A stretch of DNA of 63,105 nt, the filler included, from Sphacelaria rigidula (Eukaryota): the NCBI GenBank assembly GCA_964200075.2. It is 11 parts of 11 records of this genome, joined end to end, with 100 filler letters (N's around TTAATTAATTAA, not from the genome) between each part and the next. Parts side by side here need not be neighbours in the genome. Positions count along the whole stretch, not along the records: positions 45,970 to 51,615 come from CAXNAA020025599.1; positions 51,716 to 57,360 come from CAXNAA020025600.1; positions 57,461 to 63,105 come from CAXNAA020025601.1; 8 more parts are not named here. The stretch is one strand, 5' to 3'. Position numbers and translations under genes: made by a program. Positions within the stretch are counted from its first letter, which is position 1, and every line of letters starts with the position of its first letter. Positions 50,429 to 63,105 of this stretch are shown piece after piece. The notes beneath the pieces are model-generated. The model saw nothing but the letters and a program-made list of their open reading frames with translations. It was not told where the DNA came from and ran no database searches.

Positions 50429-53400
50429 GATCGTCCTAGCCGAGCAGGGCGCTCACGCAAGACAGAATCGATATAATATTTTGTGTTTGCCGCTTCGGGG
50501 GAAAAGGTGGTGGGTGCGAAAGTAATGACGTTGTGAGGATAATGTCCGATCCAGGAGAAGATGGCCAGAGAAAGTGACTGATGGGGATGAAGCCTAAGGT
50601 GAGCCAGGTGCATCACGAATCGGGACGACGAGTATACATATGCATGCGCATTCTTTGATTCTGCACCGCTGCATGCGCAACAAGCCGGACCAAAACGGTT
50701 ACGGTTATGACAGCAGAGCTTCTATTTCGTCATACCCTTTCAGCGGGCGGACAGGTCTCGGACGAAAGGAGAAGATATTCCGAGCTCCTCATGACAGCTT
50801 GCGCACATGAATGTGAATGACAGTTACTATTCGCGTATCACTTTTAGTCTTATCATCCATCCTCCTTCGAAATCGAGAGTACTCAGAGCTTTGATGTCTA
50901 TGGCGGGCTCATCGAAAGATATCGAAGGATCTAGACACAAACGTGATTGAGAAGCATTGGACGGAATGCAGTGATTTCGAACAATGTTCGACATGCGGAT
51001 GCTGGAAATGATGCGTCTGTGACATCGAAACATTACGTGACACATAAAGTGTCTATGATCGCTGCTTCATTTTGCAGCCTGGCACAGCTCAACGGGCGGT
51101 GCAAGGCCTTTATGGACGCCCGACCTTGGCCTGACCAATATTCCGGAAGCGATTCAGCTCAGTGAAACAATGGTGCCTTGCTTGGGGCAGGAAAATCATT
51201 ATTTTTGAGGATTCCGAGCTATTTACACGGCATTGGGAATGTGTTATGGCGAGGAGGGGATGGGCCAATGGATGGTCGATCTGATCTTTCATGTATTCAA
51301 CAGCACGAACAGCCTCAACTCTCCGCTATTTCGGGACTAGAAATATCGGCACGAAGCACGGCCCACTGATGCGATTGATTTGACACGTTAGATCATTGAT
51401 GATACTTTTTTCAAATTGAGTTGATGCCGATTCAACATATCACCTATACTGTATACTGCCACGGTCTAAAACCCTTTGATTGCCATAGTAGGTAATCTCG
51501 GCCATTGTTTCAACCAAGGAGGGGCCTTTACAGACTGGAATAAGATATGTACTAAAAAGCCGGTCGCCCCGGTGGCTCAGTTGGTAACCTCATAACCTTC
51601 TGATGGTTGAGTTGGNNNNNNNNNNNNNNNNNNNNNNNNNNNNNNNNNNNNNNNNNNNNTTAATTAATTAANNNNNNNNNNNNNNNNNNNNNNNNNNNNN
51701 NNNNNNNNNNNNNNNCTCCCCCCTTCCCCCCCGAATAAATAAACATCCATAGGCCATACGTTTGGAAAGTTACTTAGAATACTAGCCGGTTCCCTCTATC
51801 TGGGGTATTGGAGAGTTTCGGAAAACGCTTTTGTGTCATTTCAAAGGGCAAATATCTCAGGATCAGAGTGTAACGAAAAATTATGTCCCCCTCCGTCAAA
51901 TGTGGTATCCCCTTAATTTTTTCCCGATGAGGTTTCTTGTTTTATTCTGCACTCTAATCCTGAGATATTTTCACTGTGGAATGACAAAAAAAAACGTTTT
52001 GCGAAACTCTATTGTGGATCTCCCATTCCAGAATATTTTCCGTACTGTGTTTCTCTTCAGAGTACCTGGAGAAGTATCGACCACCGGAGTCAACAGAGTA
52101 TCCCGGAGAGTAGAGTGCTTGATGTTATCGACACCTGAAATACCTGTACTCGTGATCTATACCCTGTACTCCGAGCATGTTCGAACACTTTTCGGCTAGC
52201 TTTGGGCACCATAGCAGTACCTACGGTCATGTTCCGGCGTACGTAAGTAGAATATCACCCCCCGACGTGCGAAGATTACGGTGGGTGATGACAGCAAGTA
52301 CGATAGCTTACTTGATCTGCGGTAGGCGGTGGCCTCGCCTATTTTTTCCGCATGACACGCAGCAAGAATTCTTTTTGACTCCGCTCGTCGACCCCGCTTT
52401 CCTGCAGTGTCAGTCCTGCCGCCGTCGCCCATGCTTCCATACCCTCTCGCCCTGGCATACGACTACGTAAAAATTATCAAAAACGGGAGGGGGGGGATAC
52501 TCATTCGCTGCTTGCTCATCTGTAGTCGTTCACCCTCGAACACGCATCTCTTGCGGGACGGAGCACCGGTGTGTGTGTGTGTGTGTGTATTCAAACTATC
52601 GACCGTGGGGGGGCAAAGAGAGAGAGAGAGGGAAGGACAGAGAGAGCAAGAAAAGGAGGGAATGGCGGTGTATCTATCTTACGTTTGTTCTGTCAAATGC
52701 TTGCTTGGTTTGTTCCGTAAAACCATGATATTTTCTGTAACTCAGGCCTGATGATAATTTCCCCGCGTCAAATAGTGGTTAAAACCACTTTAAGCGGGTG
52801 AAGAACACGTGGTAACATGGGAAATACACGTGGTTTTTTTTGCCCAGCCGTGTTATAGACGGCAAAAAATGCAACCTAGAGGTTGAGTTGTATAGGACAA
52901 GTGTCGAGTATACCGTGCATGACTCTCAGAGTTCATGCAGCTAGCTGCCAGCAGCGAGACCATCATACCCCCTTGATGTTAACGGTGGTCTTGTTGCCAA
53001 TGTCTATTTTTCTTCTACTAATACAAGGCAAAATAAAAAAGAGGGTGGGGAAGGTGTGGTGCCTTGACTTGCAAAATGGTACCCCTTGGTCTGTACAGAC
53101 AGCACACTCTTGGGGACAATATACGGTCAATAAATGCAATACGAGCTGGGTCAGCCACAACACTTACAAACGGACAGCGAACTAGAACTCTTCAAGTTCC
53201 CGGCAACAGCCCAATTTAAGCATATCGCTGTGAACTGCAGACCAACCTCACCATGCACGCTTTGCCGTTGAAAAAAAAAAAGTGAAAAAAATGTACTGCA
53301 TAATATATGACCTCAACGACTGAGCCAGACTATGTGAAGAAAAAAGAGGATATGTCGGGATTCGAACTCGTAACCTCCATAACTGGAACTTCCGTCACTC

Positions 53401-53855
53401 AGATTACAGAGGCACAGCGGTGTCACACAAAATGTTCCACGCTCTGCTCAATTGTACAAGTTCTTGGCCGAATTTTTACCAGGATATTCTACGCGCAAGT
53501 ATAAAATTCATTTCCGGGGATGCGGTCGTTTCTTTTTGCACGGAATTATCAAAATTTCCAGTTTTTGCTGAAATTTCAAATCGCTCCAACTTTCTGTTTT
53601 CCTTTTTTCCGTGGCATACCCCAGAAATGTTGCGCGTGCTCATGTTAAGAATATCGTGTCAAAGTTTCAACGCCTGATTCCCCAGTTTGAGAACCGTGTC
53701 ACCCGATTACCGACAAGAATTACTATCAGCTGGGTCCAGCTTGTAGACTGGAAACATATTGGGTAAAGTATAAGCCTATTACAACTTTTGTCGATCGAGG
53801 GTTAGCGTCAGGATAGGGTCGACAGCAGGTGCAATAGGGGTATATTCCACCTATA

Positions 53856-54449
53856 CTTCCTCTGTCCCATAAGTCTGCGCATCTATGGGCTTTTAATTGT
53901 TTGCGCATTCAAACATACTCAATCATCCTTCAGCCGGGTTCGTTCGAAAGATGAAACGCCAACGAAGCTGACGCAAAAAAAAAAGAGTTGTTTGTCTGTA
54001 CTAAAATGATGTCCAAATATGCCCATTTTGGCCCATTTTTGATCCACGTATACCCCAATATTGACCAATTTTGGACGTTTTTACGTCAAACACTAGCGAT
54101 TACATGCTGAAAATATATTTGATGGGGCGTGCGTAGGTGAACGTTACGGAGATATCCAAAATCAATGGTTCTTTGGCGATTTTCACGTTTTTTGCACGTT
54201 TTCCCGCGATTTTTCGTGTCCCCGGATCCCCCATGCTTACTGGGAAAAAGAGCGAAGAATTGCCGTTTTTTGGCCGACCTACTTTTTGTCGACCGCGAGA
54301 CTTCACGCGTTGAGCACCCACGTTGTAGAAAGAGTGTTGTTGGTGGCCCAAAAAGCGCCAACGAATGCAATAAAAATGTCGAAAATCGAATCGGACACCG
54401 TTAAGGGCTCTTATAAACATAACTGCGCAGACTTATGGGACAGAGGAAG
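53856..54449. mobile_element. Stowaway-like (mariner) MITE, 594 bp
   Basis: Perfect 26-bp TIR CTTCCTCTGTCCCATAAGTCTGCGCA with TA on both sides. Confidence 0.93.
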
Positions 54450-54776
54450 TATACATTTTTTCCTCGTCTGTTGCATATATTTGACCATACATTGTCCAGC
54501 GTGTGGCGTACGGCAAATGTCATTGATTCTTCTGATAATGAAAGAACATCGATGTTTACCAAAAAGCATGTCACGAGCATTCGCGATGGCATACTGTACA
54601 TACATCGCACATGCTGGAAAAATGATAAAAGCTGAAAAACGAGTAAGGCGCTTCAGTCAGGGGGTCCAAGACAGTTTCATAGTTTCGGATAAACTCTTTT
54701 TTTTTGCTTTCTCATTAGCGTCACGAGCTTCCCGGCTGTTGTGGACTGCATTGTAAACAAGGGAGGGGAAAGGGGA

Positions 54777-55079
54777 GCACTCATGATATTGAATGCCGTA
54801 GCCATGAGACTATTGACCTTGCACCCTTACAAAGCCGGGACGGAGCACGCCGGGTTTTCGCCGGACCAGGTCCGCACTCAATCACCAAGCGCGAAGCACC
54901 GTGGTGTGTTCGGCGAGTCGGACGAAGGGTGAGCTGCATCCTGCTGACATTATTCGGCCAGAATCATACTGATAACCTTGCATTTGGATGACAACCTGCA
55001 ATGGGTTGCTTCATTTTCTGCTATCGCCACTTCCAGAGACAGTCTTGGCTTACACACTGCCTCGTGGGTGTCTCACCAT
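54777..55079 (-). mobile_element. SINE-like element B, full length, with G-rich tracts on both flanks
   Basis: End-to-end homology with 13836-14138; flanks GGGAGGGGAAAGGGG and GGAGGGGGAGGGGG. Confidence 0.88.
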
Positions 55080-56904
55080 ATACGAAAGGAGGGGAGGGGG
55101 GAGGGGGGCTCAGTTAATGTTTTTGAAAATAAACGATCAAATTCTTGTAAGGTGTAGGACAAGCATAGCTTACGCCGAAAATAACACGAAACACACACAC
55201 TGCAGTACTATATATTTTCCCTCAAATATTTTAATTGTCAATAAGACATCATCGTATGAGGTGTGATCTGAAGAGGTTTTCCCTTTCGTAAGGAAGAGAA
55301 AACACAGGGTTTAACTAGGGAGTGATGCCGCGCTATAATAGCCCACCCCGCGAACCAGCGCCAAAACTGTCACTAGGTAAATGGCCATTTAGTGCACGAT
55401 ACTCGTATTAATAGCTGGATTCAGAAACATGAGGCGCTTTTTATGGGCGACGTTGTCAAAAACGATCTCAAGCGCGAGAGTTCCCAGCTGCTCGGTTTGC
55501 CCGGCTCTTGCCATTTTGATTCACGTGTAGACTTTGCCTGCTCAAACTAGCCACTTTCCTGAGGGGGGGAGGGAGGTTGGGGGGGTCTAACGCGGCATCA
55601 GTTTAGCGCGTTATTCGTACGCGCGTATGAAAGCCAAGGCACAAGCCAGACCCTCCCCCTTCCCCCCCCCTCAACGATTTCAAACAGTGACATATGTGAG
55701 TCCCACTTATGCGAGTCCAACATGCCTTACAGTTCCGTCCAGAACCACTCATGGGAAACTTCTGGCCACGAGGACAATTCCTCAGGTGTCGGCTGCAAAC
55801 TGGTTCACGCAACAGACCCAAATTCTGTCATCAACAAATGCCTTCTGAAATACGCACCCAATAGTCACATATATGGTCTCATACTGACCGCAATGAACAG
55901 ACGAAGAGAATGACATGGCCGGATTGTGTTGAAGGCTATAGCGGTGACGCTATGGACAAATATGTGTCTCGACCAATCAGCGCCTTTCAAATTGTTCTGA
56001 AATTGAAAGTACGAATTCCAAGCCCAATTTCCACCGAATCTCCACATGCTTCAACTCGTCGTGACCGTCATCACCTCAGGAATCTAACGGGAGCAACAAA
56101 ATTGAAAATGGTTCCAACGGGGTCGAACTATACCCGACACCGTAATGTTTCGGTGATGTGGAGTTTGGCGTCGTCTAATTTCCACTCATTAGATGTACGA
56201 AATACTCAGGGACCCTCGTGACGATTTCCCTTATATTCGTTGTAGTCAAGCTCAGATCATCCTTAAACTTGGCAGCTCCGTAGGTATCAATGCTCCAAAT
56301 GGAAAAATTGTATTCTTGGCAAGGGTTCAAAAATTCTCCGTTCTCTACCGGCTTCCGGGGGTCCCAGTACCAAGACCCCCGAAAGGCGATACAGGATGAC
56401 TAAGAAAAACGAATAACATGATGCGTCCCGGGATAGCCCAAGGAACATATGAACAAAGTTTGGTGGAGAAACTCGAAAATCTCATAGCATGTTTCCTGCC
56501 TTGACGTAAAATTAACCCAAAAAATATGTTTTCATACCAATACCAAGTAGTTAGGAGTTTGCTCGTTATAAGCTCACATCCTCGCATAAACGTGCTCTGA
56601 ATCGTCACTAAAGTTTTGATCAACGAGGTTTCTTCAGCTTGTTGATTTTTTTACCGCTTTTCGGGGGTCCGACGGGACCCAAGTCGTTTTTCGAAGTAGT
56701 CCATTCTGGGACCCCGGAAAACCGGCACTACAATATTTCTTTCATTTTTTTCGCAAATGCCCTGTCCCCGCAACACCCAAGGAGGAGATCCACGAAGTTT
56801 CGGGGCCGAACTCGATAAAGTGATGCAAAAACGCTATTTTCATATTAAAATCTAGTATTTTGCGGTTTCACCGTGGCACGGCAAGGTTCATCGCACAAAC
56901 GCGA

Positions 56905-57170
56905 AAAAAATCACGCCGTTTGGAGGAGTTAGACCCTGAAATTTTGCACAGGTGTTCTATGGGCAATTGCGCAACTTGAGATGAACGAGATTTTTCGTTT
57001 TTACCGCTTTTACCGTTTTGTGGGGGTCTGACTGGATCAAATTTTCCCCGAAAAACCGTGAAAAAAGTAAAAAAGTATAAAAAACTCGACCTCGGAAAGT
57101 TGCGTGATGACCCATAGAAAACTTGCGCAAATTTCAGGGTCTAACTCCTTAAAACGGCGTGAAATTTCGC
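56905..57170. repeat. Inverted repeat module (GACCCTGAAATTT type)
   Basis: TCACGCCGTTT..AGGAGTTAGACCCTGAAATTT is mirrored by AAATTTCAGGGTCTAACTCCT..AAACGGCGTGA. Confidence 0.75.
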
Positions 57171-58060
57171 CGTGAGTGTTTTTTGGGTATTTTCCGTGAA
57201 CCAGCCTGTAGGCCGCTATCGGAGATCTATTATCAAGACTAAGCAACTGAACTAACTACATAACCAATAAAAGCTAAACCGGATACAGGTACACTAGGGC
57301 CGAAGCTCTCGAGAGCAGGGCGGCGCGTGTACTGCGCCAAGTTGATGGGGAGTTTTAGTGNNNNNNNNNNNNNNNNNNNNNNNNNNNNNNNNNNNNNNNN
57401 NNNNTTAATTAATTAANNNNNNNNNNNNNNNNNNNNNNNNNNNNNNNNNNNNNNNNNNNNGTACCGGGGGAGAGATGGGTTGATCCCTTGAGACCACGGA
57501 CTCAACCCGAGGAAGGGGAGGAGTTCAAAGTGCGACAAATAAAATAAATAAAATGAAAATAAGTAACAATCATGCCCCAACAGTGGAAAGCGATTATTTT
57601 GTGGGTACACAAAATATCGACCCCACGGTCCATGACGGAAAGGGACCGTTGAACTCTTCTCGCGATAAAAAATAAGGCAAGCGCCGCAAAGGAAGGTGGA
57701 GTGCTGAAACAACCCCTCCCCCCCAACAACAAACAAAAATCCTGTGCTCACCTTCCTCCTGTGTGACCCCCGCTGATACGTCTACATGTACCGACAGGTG
57801 TAGATTGGTGATCCAGAATAGATAGGTCGACACGCGCAACACACACGCACATTGGGATCCTAACTGGTTGTTGCGGGTAGACAAGCTGCCTGGCGATGGT
57901 TAAACACATTCGGATATGATCGTCCACATTGAAATCGAATATTTCCCAATCACGTTTTTTTTGCCCCGAGTTGGCGTAATTTCTACCGGGGGCACTTTTC
58001 GCGAGAGTTCGACATGAAAACATAAATGACCCATGTCAGTCGTTTCAAGAGTTTGATCCT

Positions 58061-58154
58061 TAGACCGCGGTGCGGGTAGTCCATCTGGATCACGCACACT
58101 TTTTTCCAGTGAAAATTGATGCCGATTCAGCAGGTGACCTACCCTCGCGGTCTA
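58061..58154. mobile_element. ~95-bp mini-MITE (copy at 45062-45153; partial copy ~51415-51470)
   Basis: Ends TAGACCGCG...CGCGGTCTA; shared core TTGATGCCGATTCAGCAGGTGA.CTACCCTCGCGGTC. Confidence 0.75.
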
Positions 58155-58429
58155 ACGGTTAACAGAGTCGATCCCAGCTGAGATCCGGGTTTTCGGAGGC
58201 TGACGGTCTCAAGTTTCGTCAGCGTGCGGCCTTAGACCAGTCCCTATAGGAGCCGTTCGATTTTTTTTTTTCGAAAAGTTTCAACGTGTGGTAACAAGAA
58301 CCACTCTTATGGAACAAAATCGTGACGATTTTGAGCAAAATTGACTTCCACAATTTCGGACCGACCCTAAATTTCGGCCAGGCGCTCAAAATCAGGCAAA
58401 TATTCTGAACGTTTGAGAACCTGTTCAAA

Positions 58430-59170
58430 AATTTGGCACAACAAGGATACTATGAGACATATCATGTTTTACCGTACAATACTACAGGACACACTCACGG
58501 CTCCTTCATGTGCTGTACCTGTCACTTGCACCGTCGTGTGTTCAGACCTTGCAATCTGATCTCAGCTGGAACTACCTCAGCGGCTGTACTGATGTCGTGT
58601 TCCGAACAGCTTGTCGAAGTTGAAAATGCTCTACAGTATGTGTTCGTTGGATGTTGTGTATTTCGCGACGAACACGGTCCTTGGTGCGCAGAGCTAGCAT
58701 TCCTGTCCTGTAGCTGACACGGTAGTGTGGTGCACTGGAACCCTGCAAAGACGGTTTGATCTGCGCTGAGGATTGCGTGATTTGCTGTGCTGCTTTTGTG
58801 CCCCAGGTTCTACACAAGTCTAGACACTGCCGAAAGCGTCACCATAATGGTGTGTTGGGTGCGTTGTGTCGTCTGTTAAACCAACGACGCGATTCGTGTC
58901 CACATCCATCATTTCTATATTGTAGTAGTCGTTGTACTGACTGTAGTGCGTTTAAACCTTACGTACATGGTTTGATCTACGGTGGAGATTGCGTGAGATG
59001 CAGTACCGCCGCTGGTCTGGTCTGTGCAGAAGTGGGGTGGGAACAAAATGCTGTTGACAAAAAGTTGGGACAGTCAGATGATAGCTGTGCAGCCGTGATG
59101 TCTTCATTGAGCGCTGTTGTACAGGTGCACAATTCCTGGGTGACGCCAGCTTCAATGATGTTGTCCCATT
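58430..59170 (-). pseudogene. Possible decayed piggyBac transposase C-terminus
   Basis: Across frames: SDCPNFLST, IKP, YNIEMMDVD (like YN..M.GVD), PLW*RFRQCLD and a Cys-containing end. Confidence 0.4.
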
Positions 59171-59844
59171 GATTCTGGACGCCGGGGTCACACAGGAGCG
59201 AGGTCAACACAGGAGTTTTTTTTTTTTTTAGTACTACACTTTCCTTCTGCGGTGCTTGCCTTTAGTTTTTATCGCGAGAAGGGTTCAGCAGTCCCTTTCC
59301 CTCGTCGACAGTGAAGTCGAATGTTGTGTACCCACGACATAGTCGTTCTCCACTGTTTCAATATAGATGTACAACTCCAACACTGTACCATAAGAGTGTT
59401 TTTTTGGTATCCGTTCAGAATCGCGGCAGGCAGAAAACGGCGATGTAATTTTGAAAAATATTTTTTTGAAAGGCTCCCACAAGGCTGCTTCTCATGTATC
59501 ACAAAAAACAGTACCAAAACAGCCGTTTTCTGATAGACCGTCTGACGTCATGCGGACTTTATCAAAATCAGAAAAGCAGTTATCGTCGTCCTCTACGAGA
59601 CGCGTGGGGAAAATGTTCAAATCTGGGCCGAGTGAGAGAGACAGCGCTCTGCTGCTGTGTCGTGGTGTGCGGTCCGTACTGTACTGTACTGTAAATGTTG
59701 ACTGAGCAGTATATGGTGCTCTGCACGGTGTAAAACTCTTGATATGTGCCTTGCCTTGTTGAACTCCCTGACAGTAAAATTGACGGTTATACCTTTTCGC
59801 TGCACGGTACTCGTGGTACTCAACTGTTTGTATGGACATCACTG

Positions 59845-60345
59845 ACAACAGCACAGACAGTGCTGCATTGTATGTATTGACGGCAATACTACGGTATCAG
59901 CACTACGCGGGCTTGCGTGTACAGTAGGGTCGTGTCTCCACCAGACTTGGGGGCATAAACAGTCTGTACCATATTGCGAGTGCTGTTGGCAGCACGCTGT
60001 ATGCACAGAGCCGAACCGCCCTCGTGTGTGTACAAATTACAATACTGCGCTGAGTACATAACCGTCCGCTGCACTGCGCTCGTGCTAGAAATACTCTACT
60101 GTACACACAGCACGGACAACAGCATAGACAGTGCTGTAATTGTATGTGTTGACTGGAGTACTATGGTATCAGCACTGCATCGTCGTGTATGTACAGTACG
60201 ATCGTGTCTCTACCAGACTTGGATGCATGAAGAGTATTCTGTACTGCATTGCGACTACTGGTGGTGGCAGCACGCTGCATGCACAGAGCCAAACTGCGCT
60301 ACAAGTTTACTGCGCTGTACTGTACGGAGCGCATAGTAGTATAGA
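59845..60345 (+). repeat. ~270-bp degenerate tandem duplication (a related CAGTAC-rich array lies at 61150-61715)
   Basis: ACAACAGCA.AGACAGTGCTG..GGTATCAGCACT..ACCAGACTTGG..GGCAGCACGCTG.ATGCACAGAGCC at ~59846 and ~60116. Confidence 0.75.
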
Positions 60346-62028
60346 CTGTATTCGTGATGACCCCGCCCTCTGCTGTTCTCATGGGGTAAAGGGCCGCCAC
60401 GCTTCTGGCGGGCGAAGACAAGGTAGCAACACGCTGACCGGCCGCGAGCAACAGCAGCGGCAGCAATGATGGCAGCCAAGCCAGCATGGGTGCGGTTGTG
60501 GGTGAAGAGGGGTGTGGCGTTAATGAGCAGCGGGATTCCAAACGCTTTCTTAATACTGTAACATTTTTCGATAGCACAAAGCTATCAGCTATCGAAAAAT
60601 GTTATCAGAAAAATCATGTGAAAGAACGCGTTTTCTGACCACATAATAAGTGGGGTTTTCTTCATTTATCAGAAAACGCCTTTTTTGTAGAGTTTTTTTC
60701 GAAGACGAGAAGTAGCCTACAGTAAGGTAATTTCTGCCGGTTAATTTTTTCCCTCGTCATTTAAAAATACAAGATGGCTACTTACGGTTCGTTTTTTCAC
60801 AAGATTCTCGAGAAAGAAATACAAGACGAGGGAAATTTTGCGAGACGGGCCCTTCTGGCTTGTATTAAAAAACAAACAAATGAGACGAGATCGACTTGTA
60901 TTTATCTCTCGTTTTTTTCATTCGCGGCGCGGCGGGACTAGCGACGCCCGCCAACCCTGAATATGTTTGTACCCTTCGACATCTGCGGGGCTCTCCTGTC
61001 AGCAAGGTCGAACATCCCCAGCGCCGTTTACACACTAGACCAAACTTTGCTTTGCCATCCCGGCGCACGCGAGATGTCAGGGGTTGATGATCCAATGACA
61101 TCGACCGTGCTCTCGAGAACCTGCAGCACAGGCAGTACCAGAGATTAAAGGATACTGTCTGTGCTGTCTCATGCAGTGAGTTGTAGGTGTCAGTTTGCAC
61201 ACAACAGTAGTACGCACGGCTGTAGTACAAATGATGCGTACAACGTGAGATATGTAGACAACGTGCGTGCAATACAGACAACAGCAGGCAGTACCGTACT
61301 GTCTGCACTGCCGCATTGAACAGTAGGATCCACATGCCATGCCGCACCCAACGGCTGCCGAAAATGATCCGTTTGGACGACGTGCAGTGCAGTCAGTACA
61401 TGGCTTGTACTGCCGCATTCAACTGTACAGTAGGATGAAAATGTTAGTTTGCCAGTAGTACAACGGCTGCACTAGATATGATGTGCGCAACGTGCACTAC
61501 AGACAGAACCGAGCAGTACAAAACTGCCTGTTCTGCCTGTCGCATGCGGCAGTATACATGCGCACATGTCAGGTTGCAGACGGAAATGTACAACGGCTGC
61601 ACTAAAACTGATATGGAGGAGTGCAGTACAGACAGAACCAGACAGTACAGTACTACTGCCCGTACTGCCGCTTACGGGATACGGCAGTATTGAAGATGTC
61701 AGTTTGCACACAGTGCGGGCTGGGCCGGCAGCGATCGGGGGAGGTCCATCTTCCATGTCTTCTTACACAAACACAGGAAGCTTGGCGTGGCGAAGTCTTT
61801 AGGTCTTTATACCTCGCCTTGGCGTGCACCCCTTTGAATTCCCTTGACGATACCTTTGGTACCCCACCCCCCTCAAAAATATATCTGGACCCGTAAGCTT
61901 GGATCAACATTTCGCATAGTATTTTCCCAGCGGAATTTTTTCCTCATAATTTGTTGCAAAATACGAGGGGAAAAGATGAACCGGAATAAACGACCTTAGC
62001 CTACTTCTTACGTATCAAAAAATGAATC

Positions 62029-62440
62029 TTGTTGAAAAGTACATTTTTGGCCCTTCTCCGTCGTTTTTCCCCTGAAAAGAGGGCTGGACGGATGTTGACA
62101 CCGTGGAATGACTTGCTCTACTCGCTGAGACGGTTTCAGAGCACGTTTGCGTTTCCCGTAGGTCACAGTTTCGTTCTTGGCCAAAATTGCATTTTCAATG
62201 ACAAACGGCCAAGTTATCAAAAAACAGGGTGGAAACTGACGTTTTTTTGGTAACTTGACTGTTCGTTGTCGAAAATGCAAGTTCGACCAAAAACGGAACC
62301 GTGACCTACGTAAAACGCATGTGTGCTCTGGAACGGCCTCGGCGAGTAGAGCAAGTCATTCCAAGGTGTCAGCATCCGCCTAGCCCTCTTTTCGGGGGAA
62401 ATACGGCGAAGAAGGGCCAAACATGCACTTTTCAACAAGT
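62029..62440. repeat. Long hairpin with ~200-bp arms and a ~15-nt loop
   Basis: ORFs 62029+ and 62217- give near-identical peptides (MLKS..LALLRR.SPEKRA.RMLTPWNDLLYS), so the arms are reverse complements. Confidence 0.9.
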
Positions 62441-62680
62441 TTTATTTTTTCATACATAAGAAGTAGCCTTCGGCCGTTTCTTCCGGTTGGTATTTTGTTT
62501 GGCTCGTATTTTCCACTTTTAGGACATTTGACTAGGTTTTTGATCCCCGAACAGGGAAAATCGCCACCACACGTCTTGGACACTTTGTATCACCCCACCG
62601 AGAGGAGCCTGGCCCACTTTTCCGATTCGCGTGGGTCAGAGATTTTGAGAGCGGCCTCTGGACAAAAATACTAGGAAAAC

Positions 62681-62986
62681 ATGTATTGCACTGCTAACAA
62701 CGTCGATACGCTAGTGTGGTTCAGGAGCACGATGTTCACTGAGTACCATAGCTTTGGGCTCAACGCGTTGTGCAAGGCGGAAGGTATACGTGCCAAGGCC
62801 CACACTAGCAGGTTCAGCCTCTGCATCGGTCCACTGGAGATGTCGGCGATGATAGCTTACAATGTGCGTGATTGCGATATGGTGGTAGAGCTGTGCAAGA
62901 AGAGGTCAGTGACTAGCAACATCCTGTACCTGTCTAGGGTTACCGGAGCACCCCTCGCTGATGTTGCCATTGACCATACAGGAGCA
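62681..62986 (+). pseudogene. Family-B DNA polymerase fragment (end of the 3'-5' exonuclease domain), possibly viral
   Basis: Manual translation: MYCTANNVDTLVWFRSTMFTEYHSFGLNALCKAEGIRAK...MIAYNVRDCDMVVELCKKRSVTSNILYLSRVTGAPLADVAIDHTGA; shows the D..., SF.L..K, ExoIII YN..D and LSR.TG.PL pattern; absent from the ORF track because the frame runs off the window. Confidence 0.72.
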
Positions 62987-63105
62987 CGATGTTCACTGAG
63001 TACCATAGCTTTGGGCTCAACGCGTTGTGCAAGGCGGAAGGTATACGTGCCAAGGCCCACACTAGCAGGTTCAGCCTCTGCATCGGTCCACTGGAGATGT
63101 CGGCG
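62722..63105 (+). repeat. 257-bp-period tandem duplication of the PolB fragment
   Basis: 62979-63105 (127 bp) is identical to 62722-62848; junction at CAGGAGCA microhomology. Confidence 0.92.

Noticed and set aside
55740..55960. Mutator-like transposase remnant (LVHATDPNSVINKCLLKYAPNSHIYG)
   Set aside because: A single weak motif with no supporting flanking motifs
59492..59854. ORF as a piggyBac N-terminal region (DFDKVR and GKAHIK-like motifs)
   Set aside because: The motifs are in the wrong order and part of the ORF lies in an unrelated AT-rich repeat; too weak to call

Overview
Repeat-rich eukaryotic nuclear DNA, most likely from a brown alga (Phaeophyceae). This is inferred from two ASAFAP-type bipartite plastid presequences, short GC-rich exons in long TE-filled introns and TTAGGG tracts. 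The window is not one locus: it is 11 unrelated contigs of 5647-5645 bp, sorted by size and joined by artificial 100-bp N44-TTAATTAATTAA-N44 spacers. Transposable elements: a Copia 5' LTR plus gag-protease; a degenerate LINE with many short 3' copies; a ~300-bp non-tRNA SINE-like partner of that LINE; a tRNA-derived SINE; decayed piggyBac, hAT, mariner and DIRS/Ngaro-like coding remnants; and many MITEs and foldbacks. Host exons: a SIP5/DA2-like RING protein, two plastid-targeted proteins and a Cys-rich protein with a K/D/Y-rich tail. There is also an intronless family-B DNA polymerase fragment that the ORF track missed. The best candidate for an undescribed system is the LINE/SINE pair, which has no poly(A) tail, ends in ATGAGTAC at the ORF2 stop codon and appears to insert specifically at oligo(C) tracts. 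All protein family calls come from motifs recognised by eye; no database searches were run.
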